From Planctomycetota bacterium (GTDB lineage: Bacteria; Planctomycetota; Planctomycetia; Pirellulales; Lacipirellulaceae), in contig JBCCXZ010000035.1 of assembly GCA_039190745.1 (NCBI GenBank), positions 1-40,461 on the forward strand: a stretch of 40,461 nucleotides of DNA, in the 5' to 3' direction. The notes under the pieces were generated by a model that did no database searches, was not told where the DNA came from, and worked only from the letters and a program-made list of their open reading frames with translations. Position 1 is the stretch's first letter. Every line of letters begins with the position of its first letter. Both the position numbers and the translations under genes were made by a program. Below are positions 8,520 through 17,590 of the stretch, in pieces.

Positions 8520-11423
8520 GTGCCCAAACGGTTCACCCACGCCGCAATCGCGTTCGCCGCCCTGGCGGTTACCTACCAGATGTACCGGCTGGTGGTCTGC
8601 CCGTTCATCGAACCGGCCCAGAGCGCCGCAACCGCCGCGTTCGTCCCCAGCGCCGAGCCGACGCACCGCTACCGCGATCTGCTGGCCGCCTACTTCCCGC
8701 CCAACCACTGGTGCCTCGTACGCCCGCCCAAGACGATCGAGAACGATAACACCCTGCTGGTGATCGACCAGTACACGCCGCACCCCGACGACAACGGCCA
8801 GCTGAACATCAACCGCTGCGTGCTGCTGGTGTTCCCGACCCCCCGCGGCGGGGCGGACCCGGCGCCCTCAGACGCGGTGATCGTCGAGGCCCCCGGCGGG
8901 GCCGACCTCCACCTCGACGGCAGCTTCCGCATCGGACCGAAAGAACGTGGCACGCGGCTTCAGAAGGGCCTGCTCCGCGGCGAGGTCACCGTCCGCAGCG
9001 GCATGCGCGAGCCCGGCCCCGAGGACGACCTGCTGCTGGTCACCCGCGACGTGTACCTCAACGAAAACCTGCTCCGCACCGAGCAGCCGGTGCGGCTTGC
9101 CATCGGCCCGCACCGCGCGACCGGCCGCGTCCTGGAAGCCAAGATGCTGCCCACCGAAGGCGTCGGCGGGCGGGTGGGACGGATCGACACGGTCGAGCTG
9201 CTGCACGACGTGCGCGTCGAGCTGGCGGTCGAAGGGCTCGACCTCGGCACAAACGGCAACGCACAGGCGGCCCCGGCCCCGGCGGTCGTCACCAGCGGCG
9301 GGCCGTTTGTGTGGAGCCTGCCCAACGCCACGGCCGCGTTTTCCGAGGGCGTGCGCGTCACACAATCGCACCCCGGCGGCGTCGAAGACCGGCTCGAGTG
9401 CCGCGAGCTGAAGCTCTACTTCCAGACCGCCGAGGGCTCGGGTTCCGACGGCATCGACCTCCGGCCCGCGAGCCTCGAAGCGCTGGCCGACGCCGGCGGC
9501 CGCGTGCGGCTCGACGCCCCCTCGCAGCAGGCCGCCGCCGAGTGCCAACGACTCTGGATCGACCTTGGCCCTCGCCGCGTGACGCTCGAAGACCTCGACG
9601 AGGCGGTGTTCACCCACGGCGACACCGAAGTGCGCGCGCCGACCATCAGCTACCGGGCCCCGGCGCGCGGTTCGGACGAGCAGCTCGGCACGTTCCTCGC
9701 CTCCCCCGGCGGGCACCTCACCACCGCCCCCAAGGACGGCGCATCGGCCCCGCTGAAAGTGCGCTGGACCCGTTCGATGCAGCTCACCCGCGAAGAGGGC
9801 CGGCCCGTCCTTCGGCTGCACGGCCGCCCGAAGGTCTCGCTGCTCGGGACCGGCGACCTCTGGGCCGACCAGGTGCGTATCGATCTGCTCGAGCGTGCCG
9901 GGGAAGAACCAACCGGCGGATTGCCCGCCGCGGTCGCGCCCGAGCGGCTGGTTGCCGAAGGCCAGGTGGCGATCGACTCGAATCAGCTCAACGGCTCGGT
10001 CGGGCGGATGACGATCGACTTCGATTATCCCGACCCCGCGGCGGTCGGGGGAGCCGCTGCGGGTTCCGGCCCGAGCGCGACCGACGACCTCACCGCCGCC
10101 GGCCCCGCTGGCCGCTCTTACAGCATCGCCGGCGGCGACCTCGCGATGCGCGTCCGAGTCGCCGGCAACCGCCCCGCCGTCTCCGCGATCCGAGTCGAGC
10201 GACGGGTGGAGTTCCGCGAGAACCACCGTGCCGACTCGAACTCCGAGCCGCTCGAGTTCAGGGGCGACGTGCTCACGATCGAAAACGCAGACACCGAAGC
10301 CGCCCGCGTCACGCTCACCGGATCGCCCGCCGCCGAGGTCGTCGCCGGGACCGCGTCGCTCTCCGCCCGAGAGATGCAGCTCCTGCGGGGCTCCGACCGC
10401 ATCGCCGTCGAAGCGCCTGGCGAGCTCCGGCTGCTCTCGGCCAAGAGCATTACCGGCCAGCCGCTCGCCCGGCCCGAGCCGGTCGTCATCCGCTGGGAGC
10501 GTTCGCTCAACCTCGTCGGTCGCGAAGCGACGTTCCTGGGCAACGTCCGCGTGGTCGGCGCCGGCGCCGAGCTGGCCGCCAACCGCCTCGTCGCCACGCT
10601 GAGCCGCGCCGTGCAGTTCGACAGCAACCCGCGCTCCGCGGGGCCGGTCGACATCGAGCAGGTCGAGGCCCGCGAGGGCGTCCGCGGCGTCGTGCGGCAG
10701 ACGGACCCGGCCGGCCCCACGTCGATCAGCATCTTCCAATCGGCCTCGATCAGCGTGAACCAATCCACCGGCGCCATCGGCGGCGAAGGCCCCGGGTGGT
10801 TGGAAATGGCGCACCTCGCCGCGGCCAACGCCCGCGTGTTCAGCATCGTCCCGGGCAAACAACAGACGGAGCCCAGCCCCCAGCGGCTGCGGTTCCTGCG
10901 CGTGGAGTTTATCCGCGGCCTCACCGGAAACCTGCACGAGCGGCGCGTCGAGGCCGTGGGCCAAGCCCGCGCGGTGTACGGCCCGATCGACGCCTGGGAG
11001 CAGCGCCTGCAGATGGCCGACATCGCCGACCCGCGGCCCGAGACCGTGTTCGTCGAGGGCGAGCGCATCCAGCTCGCCGAGAGCCCCGCTGCGGTCCGCC
11101 CGCCGGGAGCCTCGGGCGCGGCCGAGGTGCGTGTCACCGACAATGTCGTCATCGAAGGCAAGGCGTCCGACGGCAGCCTGTTCACCGCCCGCGGACGCAG
11201 GGCCAGCTACTCGCAGAGCAAAGAGCTGCTCGTGCTGGAAGGGACGCAGCGCAACCTCGCGGCGATCACCTACCAGCAATACCCGGGCGGACCCCAGCAG
11301 CCGCTCTCGGGGCAGAAGTTCCTGTACTGGCTGAAGACCGGCGAGATCGAGGGCAACCTGAACCAGTTCAACTGGACGATCTTCGACACCGGCCGCAACC
11401 GAACCGGCGGCGTGCAACGCTAG
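8520..11423 (+). CDS. large membrane-anchored beta-jellyroll protein, LptC/LptA(OstA)-like
   Basis: N-terminal TM; beta-strand-rich; LptA-like C-terminus ARGRRASYSQSKELLVLEG...LSGQKFLYWLKTG; position directly after kdsD-kdsC. Confidence 0.6.
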   Translation: MPKRFTHAAIAFAALAVTYQMYRLVVCPFIEPAQSAATAAFVPSAEPTHRYRDLLAAYFPPNHWCLVRPPKTIENDNTLLVIDQYTPHPDDNGQLNINRCVLLVFPTPRGGADPAPSDAVIVEAPGGADLHLDGSFRIGPKERGTRLQKGLLRGEVTVRSGMREPGPEDDLLLVTRDVYLNENLLRTEQPVRLAIGPHRATGRVLEAKMLPTEGVGGRVGRIDTVELLHDVRVELAVEGLDLGTNGNAQAAPAPAVVTSGGPFVWSLPNATAAFSEGVRVTQSHPGGVEDRLECRELKLYFQTAEGSGSDGIDLRPASLEALADAGGRVRLDAPSQQAAAECQRLWIDLGPRRVTLEDLDEAVFTHGDTEVRAPTISYRAPARGSDEQLGTFLASPGGHLTTAPKDGASAPLKVRWTRSMQLTREEGRPVLRLHGRPKVSLLGTGDLWADQVRIDLLERAGEEPTGGLPAAVAPERLVAEGQVAIDSNQLNGSVGRMTIDFDYPDPAAVGGAAAGSGPSATDDLTAAGPAGRSYSIAGGDLAMRVRVAGNRPAVSAIRVERRVEFRENHRADSNSEPLEFRGDVLTIENADTEAARVTLTGSPAAEVVAGTASLSAREMQLLRGSDRIAVEAPGELRLLSAKSITGQPLARPEPVVIRWERSLNLVGREATFLGNVRVVGAGAELAANRLVATLSRAVQFDSNPRSAGPVDIEQVEAREGVRGVVRQTDPAGPTSISIFQSASISVNQSTGAIGGEGPGWLEMAHLAAANARVFSIVPGKQQTEPSPQRLRFLRVEFIRGLTGNLHERRVEAVGQARAVYGPIDAWEQRLQMADIADPRPETVFVEGERIQLAESPAAVRPPGASGAAEVRVTDNVVIEGKASDGSLFTARGRRASYSQSKELLVLEGTQRNLAAITYQQYPGGPQQPLSGQKFLYWLKTGEIEGNLNQFNWTIFDTGRNRTGGVQR

Positions 11424-11434
11424 GCAGGGTTCTT

Positions 11435-11464
11435 TTGACTCCGCTTGCAGAGCCGTGCTAGGCT
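11435..11464 (+). promoter_or_regulatory. putative promoter of the TA operon
   Basis: TTGACT-N18-TAGGCT with extended -10 TG. Confidence 0.4.
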
Positions 11465-11483
11465 GATTTGTAGAGGAACACCT

Positions 11484-11738
11484 ATGAACGCTCAAAAATT
11501 GCTCGCCGAGGCGATGAAGCTGCCCCCCGACGCACGCGAAGTGCTCGCCGTGGAACTGCTCGGAAGCGTCAAGCCTTCCGCTACCGATTCAGAGTATATT
11601 CAGCAAGCATGGATCGAAGAGATTGACCGCCGGGTCGCCGATTACGAGTCTGGCAAGACCTCAGGCATACCTATCGAGGAAGCTTGGCCAAGAATCTCGG
11701 GCAGACCATGGACGGATTCGACCGGTAGCGATGGGTAA
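11484..11738 (+). CDS. addiction-module antitoxin
   Basis: AMKLPPDAR...LLGSV, AWIEEIDRRVADYESGK...IPIEE; AGAGGA RBS; overlaps toxin start. Confidence 0.88.
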   Translation: MNAQKLLAEAMKLPPDAREVLAVELLGSVKPSATDSEYIQQAWIEEIDRRVADYESGKTSGIPIEEAWPRISGRPWTDSTGSDG

Positions 11739-12036
11739 ACGCATCGTCTTCTTGCCGGAGGTGGCGGAGGAAATCGAGACCGCGCGGGATTGGTACGCCA
11801 AGAGTAGCTCCGAACTTGCAGAACGGTTCCTTGGCGTTCTCGACCTCACGCTCAGGTCGATACAAGCTCGTCCAGAACATGCTGGTTTCCACGACGAGCG
11901 TCGGTTGTACCGAGCCAGACGAGTGAAGGCGTTCCCGTATCAGGTGGTCTACCGCGATTACCCTGATTCGATTCTGATCGTCGCGATGTACCATACGAGC
12001 CGCCACCCAGACGGCTGGAAGGACCGACTGCTGTGA
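11731..12036 (+). CDS. ParE/RelE family toxin
   Basis: IVFLPEVAEEIETARDWY, FPYQVVYR, ILIVAMYHTSRHP. Confidence 0.9.
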   Translation: MGKRIVFLPEVAEEIETARDWYAKSSSELAERFLGVLDLTLRSIQARPEHAGFHDERRLYRARRVKAFPYQVVYRDYPDSILIVAMYHTSRHPDGWKDRLL

Positions 12037-12090
12037 CTTACGGTTCGGATCCCACCGACTTACGGAATTGAGGAATCAACCCTGTCTGGT

Positions 12091-12120
12091 GTGCCATGCT
12101 CGCGCTTGCGTGAGCATGGC
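12091..12120. repeat. REP-like palindrome, same family as 5461-5488
   Basis: GTGCCATGCTCGCGC-TT-GCGTGAGCATG; 27/28 identical to the reverse complement of 5461-5488. Confidence 0.75.
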
Positions 12121-12162
12121 GCCTGACCCCCTCACTCCTCCGCGGTCCCACCCGACCCCGCC

Positions 12163-12879
12163 TCAAACCACCCGCAGCCGCTCGCGCTCCAACCGCTCAC
12201 TTACAAAATCCACCGCCCGCTCCAGCATCACCGTCTCGTACTCCGCCGGCGGCAGCGCCGTCTCCAGGTCGCACTCGTGCATCACGCCGAGCGAGAAGAG
12301 CTTCATCTTCAAACGGTCGGACGACTCGAACCACTCGTAGTCCTCCGGGTTCGCGCAGAACCACTGGTTCCGCGGCCAGTTCAGCGGGTGGATGTGCAGC
12401 GTGGCCGAGTCCTGCCGGGCGTCTTCGCCGTCGCGGTACATGGCGCGGAGCGCGGGGTCGCCCGCTTCGAGCACGTTCTGGCAGTCGACCTTCGGGCTGA
12501 CCGCCGCGGCCACCGGCAGCGTGTTCGGGTGCTTGTAAGCCAGCCGCAAGGCGCCCTGCCCGCCCATGCCGACGCCGAGCAAGCCCACCGCCGGCGGCTC
12601 CACGCCGTGCTCTGATTCCAGCCACGGCAGCAGCCGTTCGAGCACCCACCGCTCTGCGGTTACTTGCCCGTCCCACTCCGGCAGCAGCCGGTCCGACCAC
12701 CACGTCCGACCGCCGTCCGGGGCGACTAACCCGAGGCTCAGCCCAACGAGCCGCTCGGGCAAAGTTTCCGGCACAGTACCGTCTTCGTCGTGCAGGTACA
12801 GCACCACGCCGCGGGCCTCGGCGGGCATCCAAGCCCGGCACGAATGGCCGGCGACTTCTGATAGCACGGGTTCGGTCAT
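12163..12879 (-). CDS. alpha/beta-hydrolase fold esterase-like protein (S-formylglutathione hydrolase-like)
   Basis: VVLYLH, LVAPDGGRTWW, GLLGVGMGGQGAL (GxSxG position reads GVGMG). Confidence 0.75.
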   Translation of the reverse strand: MTEPVLSEVAGHSCRAWMPAEARGVVLYLHDEDGTVPETLPERLVGLSLGLVAPDGGRTWWSDRLLPEWDGQVTAERWVLERLLPWLESEHGVEPPAVGLLGVGMGGQGALRLAYKHPNTLPVAAAVSPKVDCQNVLEAGDPALRAMYRDGEDARQDSATLHIHPLNWPRNQWFCANPEDYEWFESSDRLKMKLFSLGVMHECDLETALPPAEYETVMLERAVDFVSERLERERLRVV

Positions 12880-13012
12880 TCGATTCGAGGCAAGCAATGG
12901 CGGGCAGGAGATCAGCGTTCCGCACCCCGGTGGGGCCACCTAGAATACCCCGCGAAACGCCGCCCCACACCACCCGGTCCCCTCCCCAATCCCACGCCGG
13001 AGCACCAGTAGC

Positions 13013-14200
13013 TTGCAATCAGTCCGGGTGATGCACCTCATCGGGCGCCGCAGCACGCTCGGCGTGGGCGGCGTGCTGGAGCAAGTCGCGGCCAATCAGG
13101 TCGAGGCGGGACACACTGCGCGCATCGTCGCGATGAACGACCGCTGCGGCCCGGCGATCGTCGCCGGCACGGCCCTCGGGGCCCGCTGGGGACGCGACCC
13201 GCTCGCCCGCCGCCGGCTGCGCCGGCTCATCGCCGACCAGCGCCCAGACATCGTCCACGCCTGGGACGCGCCGTCACTGGCTGCTTCCGCCTCCCTAACC
13301 CGAGACGACTCAGGGACTGCGCAGATCGCGACCCTTGCCGACCCCCCGTCTGCCAACCTCGACGCCGCCCGTCATGCCGCTGGGTTTCTGGCCAGCGACC
13401 GGGCGGTCGCCAAAGCACTACAGCGTCACGGGGTCGACCCGGCTCGCGTCTCCGTCGCGGAGCGGTTTGCCTTGGCAGCCGACCCCCTCGCCGATCAGGC
13501 CGCCTTCCGAGAGCAATGGCAGATCCCCGCCGACGCCCCCATCGTCGCCGCCGCGGCGGAGCTGACGCGGGACGCCAACCTTGCCGACACCATTTGGGGC
13601 TTCGAACTGCTACGGCTTTTGCACCGCGAAGCGGTGCTCGTGGTCGCGGGCGAGGGGCCCGACCACAACCGGCTCCAGCGGCAGGTGCGGCTGATGAGCG
13701 AGCCGGCCAGCGCCCGTTTCGTCCCCGGCGAGAGCCTCGGCGGCTTGCTCGCCGCCGCCGCGCTGTTCTGCGACCACGGCCTCGCAGACCGCTGGCCGGT
13801 GGAATCCCTCGCGGCAATTTCTGCCGGAGTGCCGACTGTTGCCGCCGAGCGTCGCCGCACACGAGCCGCGTTCGGCAACGCAAAGCTAGGCTATATCGTA
13901 GGGCACGGAGATCGGGCGGCTTTTGGCCGCATCGGCGACCGTGTCCTGGCCCGGTGGGAGGCCGACCACACCGGTCGGGGCAAGCCGGCCAGAGCCGCCG
14001 AGCAATCTGCCCTGTCGCTCGGCGACTCTAATCCAGCGTCGCTCGGCGACATTGCTTCAGCACGAGCATCTGTTTCAGCAAGACCGACGGTCACCCAAGA
14101 CGTGGCGGCGCTCTACGCCCGCGTGCTCCAGCGGTCGGCGCGGTCGGTCGCCTCGGGTCCCGCCGCTTCCAGTGAACGGGGCCGCCGTCAGGCGATCTGA
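13013..14200 (+). CDS. GT-B fold glycosyltransferase family 4-like protein
   Basis: RVMHLI..GG, RPDIVHAW, LVVAGEGP, AISAGVPTVA; start uncertain (13013-13031). Confidence 0.7.
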   Translation: MQSVRVMHLIGRRSTLGVGGVLEQVAANQVEAGHTARIVAMNDRCGPAIVAGTALGARWGRDPLARRRLRRLIADQRPDIVHAWDAPSLAASASLTRDDSGTAQIATLADPPSANLDAARHAAGFLASDRAVAKALQRHGVDPARVSVAERFALAADPLADQAAFREQWQIPADAPIVAAAAELTRDANLADTIWGFELLRLLHREAVLVVAGEGPDHNRLQRQVRLMSEPASARFVPGESLGGLLAAAALFCDHGLADRWPVESLAAISAGVPTVAAERRRTRAAFGNAKLGYIVGHGDRAAFGRIGDRVLARWEADHTGRGKPARAAEQSALSLGDSNPASLGDIASARASVSARPTVTQDVAALYARVLQRSARSVASGPAASSERGRRQAI

Positions 14201-14496
14201 TCGGCGATCGACTTTCGCACGCGCGACGTGCAGCTCGAGGTGTCGATCCGCGGCGGCTGCCAAGGTTCGTTCTCCAGGCCGACGTCGCCGCCCACCGCAC
14301 GGCGGATCGTTTCCGAACGCGACCAGCGGCTGCGGATGTCGGCACAACCGGCCGCGATCTCCGCCGGCGTTGGGAGGTAAGACGGGCGGGCCCGGCGGGT
14401 CGTGTCTTCGGCGGAGTCCCCTTCCGGGTATTCTCCGTCGAAGTAGTCTCCGCCGAGGCCGTCTTCCAGGGCTATCTCTTGTAGCAGGGGCGTCAT
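14188..14496 (-). CDS. hypothetical protein
   Basis: YLPTPAEIAAGCADIRSRWS segment looks like a conserved small-protein core; start may be 14496 or 14619. Confidence 0.5.
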   Translation of the reverse strand: MTPLLQEIALEDGLGGDYFDGEYPEGDSAEDTTRRARPSYLPTPAEIAAGCADIRSRWSRSETIRRAVGGDVGLENEPWQPPRIDTSSCTSRVRKSIADQIA

Positions 14497-14874
14497 GCTG
14501 CGGCTCGCTGGGATGGGCTCGCTCGTTCCGGGGGGCTGGGTCTCGGTCACCGGGGCCGCCCAGAAGAGAGGAAGAAGCCGGGGCCGAGCCACACGGCAGT
14601 GGCGGGCAAAGGTGGGCATCGAAGAAGTGCGGTCTCGACCCCGGCTGGCGGTTTCCCGTTGACGAGCGGAGTTATACGGGGGGCAAATTGCGTTTTTGTG
14701 TGTGAATTGCGAAGAGTCGGGGAAGATCGCCAAACCTCTCTCTGGCTGCGGCTTTTTCACTCAGCTATCGGAAAAACCGCGGAAAACCTACACTGCCGAG
14801 AACTGGGCGTTGGCGCATTTCTGCGAGACGCGCCCGCAAGAACTTATCACGCCAGGGAGGCGAGCGGCCGGAAC

Positions 14875-16110
14875 ATGAAGGACATCCTCGCGGTGGTATT
14901 GGCGGGCGGCAAAGGCACACGACTCGAGCCGCTCACACGCGACCGGGCCAAGCCCGCCGTCCCCTTCGGCGGCGTCTACCGGATCGTCGACTTCACGCTC
15001 TCCAACTGCCTCAACAGCGGCATCCGCAAAATCCTGGTGCTCACCCAGTACAAGGCGATGAGCCTCGCCCGGCACATCACCCACGGCTGGCGCCACCTGC
15101 TGTGCCGCGAGCTCGGCGAGTTCATCGACGTCGTCCCCCCCCAGCAGCGGATCGACGACCAGTGGTACCAGGGCACCGCCGACGCGGTCTACCAGAACAT
15201 CTACACCCTGGAGAAAGAACGGCCCGAGCACGTCGTCATCCTCGCCGGCGACCACATCTACAAGATGGACTACAGCAAGATGGTCACGTTCCACTGCGAG
15301 CACGCCGCGGAATTGACCATCGCCGCGATGCGCGTGCCCATCGACGAAGCCCGCGCCTTCGGCGTGATGCAGATCGACGAGACCGGCCGCGTGATCGGCT
15401 TCGAAGAGAAACCGGCCCACCCCAAGCCGATCCCCGGGGACGACAAGCACGCCCTCGCCTCGATGGGCATCTACGTCTTCAACACGCACTTCCTCTTCGA
15501 CCAGCTCTGCCAGGACGCCACCCTGCCCGAGAGCGCCCACGACTTCGGGCGGAACATCATCCCCTCGATCATCACCGACCACCGCGTGATGGCGTTCCCG
15601 TTCCAGGACGAGAACAACAAGGCCGACGCTTACTGGCGAGACGTCGGCACGATCGACGCCTACTTCGAAGCCAACCTTGAGCTGATCGGTGTCGACCCGC
15701 TCTTGAACCTGTACGACTACCACTGGCCCGTGCGGACCGACCAGCCGAACCTGCCGCCGCCCAAGTTCGTGTTCGACGAAGACAGCGGCCGCCGCGGCGA
15801 GGCCCACGACAGCATGGTCGCCTCCGGCGCGATCGTCGCGGGCGGGCTCGTCTGCCGCTCGGTCCTCGGCCCCAAGGTGCGCATCGAAGAGCGGGCCGAC
15901 GTGCAAGACTCGATCCTGTTCAACGGGGTGCGCGTCGGCCGCGACGCCAAGCTCCACCGAGCGATCGTCGAGAAAAACGTCTTCATCCCCGACGGCGTCG
16001 AGATCGGCCTCGACCCCGAACACGACCGCGCCCGCGGCTTCACCGTCTCCGAAGGCGGCGTCGTGGTGGTGCCCGGCATGGAAATCCCCGCGGCGGTGGC
16101 GTCGGGCTAG
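14875..16110 (+). CDS. glgC: glucose-1-phosphate adenylyltransferase
   Basis: VLAGGKGTRLEPLTRDRAKPAVPFGG, WYQGTADAV, GDHIYKMDY, FEEKP, YWRDVGT. Confidence 0.97.
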   Translation: MKDILAVVLAGGKGTRLEPLTRDRAKPAVPFGGVYRIVDFTLSNCLNSGIRKILVLTQYKAMSLARHITHGWRHLLCRELGEFIDVVPPQQRIDDQWYQGTADAVYQNIYTLEKERPEHVVILAGDHIYKMDYSKMVTFHCEHAAELTIAAMRVPIDEARAFGVMQIDETGRVIGFEEKPAHPKPIPGDDKHALASMGIYVFNTHFLFDQLCQDATLPESAHDFGRNIIPSIITDHRVMAFPFQDENNKADAYWRDVGTIDAYFEANLELIGVDPLLNLYDYHWPVRTDQPNLPPPKFVFDEDSGRRGEAHDSMVASGAIVAGGLVCRSVLGPKVRIEERADVQDSILFNGVRVGRDAKLHRAIVEKNVFIPDGVEIGLDPEHDRARGFTVSEGGVVVVPGMEIPAAVASG

Positions 16111-16321
16111 GGCCGAGACTAACTTATTCCTTAGGGCTCCGCTCGCTCGTTTCGCCGCTGCGGGCGATGCAACTTCGCCCGGTTCCGCCCGCCCCCTCTT
16201 TCACACATTCTTCACGCCACTTCTCCTCGGGCGCTACCCACGGGGGGAGGGACGCTTGGTTACACTCTTGGGTTCCGACTCCCGGCCTGATACTCCATCC
16301 CGAACAGGAGCGACTGCCCCA

Positions 16322-17350
16322 ATGATCCGCACGTTGATGCTCTCCCTGCTCCTGGCCGCCGTGGCGGCCCTGCCGGCCGCGGCCGGCCCGGTCACGTTCG
16401 ACTTCGCCCAGATCGGCAACGCCGGCAACGCGGCCGACCCGCAGACCGGCTTCGGCGCGGTTTCGTACAATTACGCAATCTCGAAGACCGAGGTCACGAA
16501 CGCCCAGTACACGGCGTTCCTCAACGCGGTCGACCCGACCGGCGCGAATGCCGATTTGGGCGGCCTCGATGGTTTTCTGTACAACCCGAACGTGGCCGGC
16601 AACCTCGGCGGCATCGAGCTGCAGGCCGGCAATGCCGACGGCAGCAAGTTCGTCGTCCAAGCGGGACGCGAACAGAACCCAGTGACGTACGTCTCGTTCT
16701 TCGACGCGATGCGGTTCACCAACTGGCTACATAATGGCCAAGGCTCGGGCGATACCGATACCGGTGCCTACACGATCGGCAATGGCGTGAACGAGGTCCG
16801 TTCGGCCGACGCCCGGTTCTGGATCCCCAGCGATGACGAGTGGTACAAGGCGTCCTACCACGACGCCACCGCCGGCACGGCGGGGGTGTACTTCGACTAC
16901 GCCACCGGCAGCGACAGTGTGCCGGTGAGCGATCAGCCGGGCGACGACCCCTCGGCGGTGAACTACTTCAACGACGACAAACTCGCCAACGGCTTCAACG
17001 ACGGCTTCGCTGTGAGCGGCTCGACGAGCTTCACGAACCCGTTCACCGGCGTCGGCGCCTACACGGCCGCGGCGAGTCCCTACGGCACGTTCGACCAGAA
17101 CGGCAACGTTATCGAGTGGAACGAGGCGGTCGTTCGTTCTTTTTTCCGCGGCCAGCGGGGTGGTTCGTGGAACAACATCTCGGCCGGCCTGCGGGTCAAC
17201 ATCCGGAGCAGCGGCACCCCCGCGAGCGAGAGCGGCCACGTCGGTTTTCGCGTGGCAACCGTCCCTGAGCCAAGTACGGTGCTGATGGGGGCGATGGCAG
17301 CCGTAGGACTCATCAGCCGCAGGGCGCTAGCCCCGGTTCCGTTAGCTTAG
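16322..17350 (+). CDS. exported SUMF1/FGE-sulfatase (C-type-lectin-like) fold protein with PEP-CTERM
   Basis: Signal peptide; EVTNAQY, PSDDEWYKA, DQNGNVIEW, RGGSW...GFRV; VPEP-hydrophobic-RR tail. Confidence 0.88.
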   Translation: MIRTLMLSLLLAAVAALPAAAGPVTFDFAQIGNAGNAADPQTGFGAVSYNYAISKTEVTNAQYTAFLNAVDPTGANADLGGLDGFLYNPNVAGNLGGIELQAGNADGSKFVVQAGREQNPVTYVSFFDAMRFTNWLHNGQGSGDTDTGAYTIGNGVNEVRSADARFWIPSDDEWYKASYHDATAGTAGVYFDYATGSDSVPVSDQPGDDPSAVNYFNDDKLANGFNDGFAVSGSTSFTNPFTGVGAYTAAASPYGTFDQNGNVIEWNEAVVRSFFRGQRGGSWNNISAGLRVNIRSSGTPASESGHVGFRVATVPEPSTVLMGAMAAVGLISRRALAPVPLA

Positions 17351-17397
17351 CCGCAGGTTCCGTTGGCAAGTCGAACCGTGGCTAGCGCCATGCGGCT
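17315..17397. repeat. REP-like inverted repeat pair
   Basis: AGCCGCAGGGCGCTAGCCCCGGTT versus reverse complement of 17374-17397: 22/24 match. Confidence 0.7.
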
Positions 17398-17590
17398 AAA
17401 ACCCTGCGGGGCGGTTCGTGCGTCTCCCCTAAAGCCCGCTGAGGACGACCAAACTAGAACGCACCTCACCGAAGCATAGCGTCTTTTTCGTGGTTGCGAT
17501 CGGCAAAAGCGCCGCCGGAGACGCTACACGTCCGTGCGACTTGCACTAAGCGTTCTCGCCTGTGGTCATCACTGGGCCGAGCTAAGCAGC

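Noticed and set aside
8868..11495. 875-aa minus ORF and 716-aa Arg-rich plus ORF
   Set aside because: Antisense and alternate-frame shadows of the 967-aa gene
14599..14874. N-terminal extension of glgC (also those of korA, korB and fixJ in the ORF track)
   Set aside because: Family similarity begins at the downstream Met; the extensions cover promoter or leader DNA
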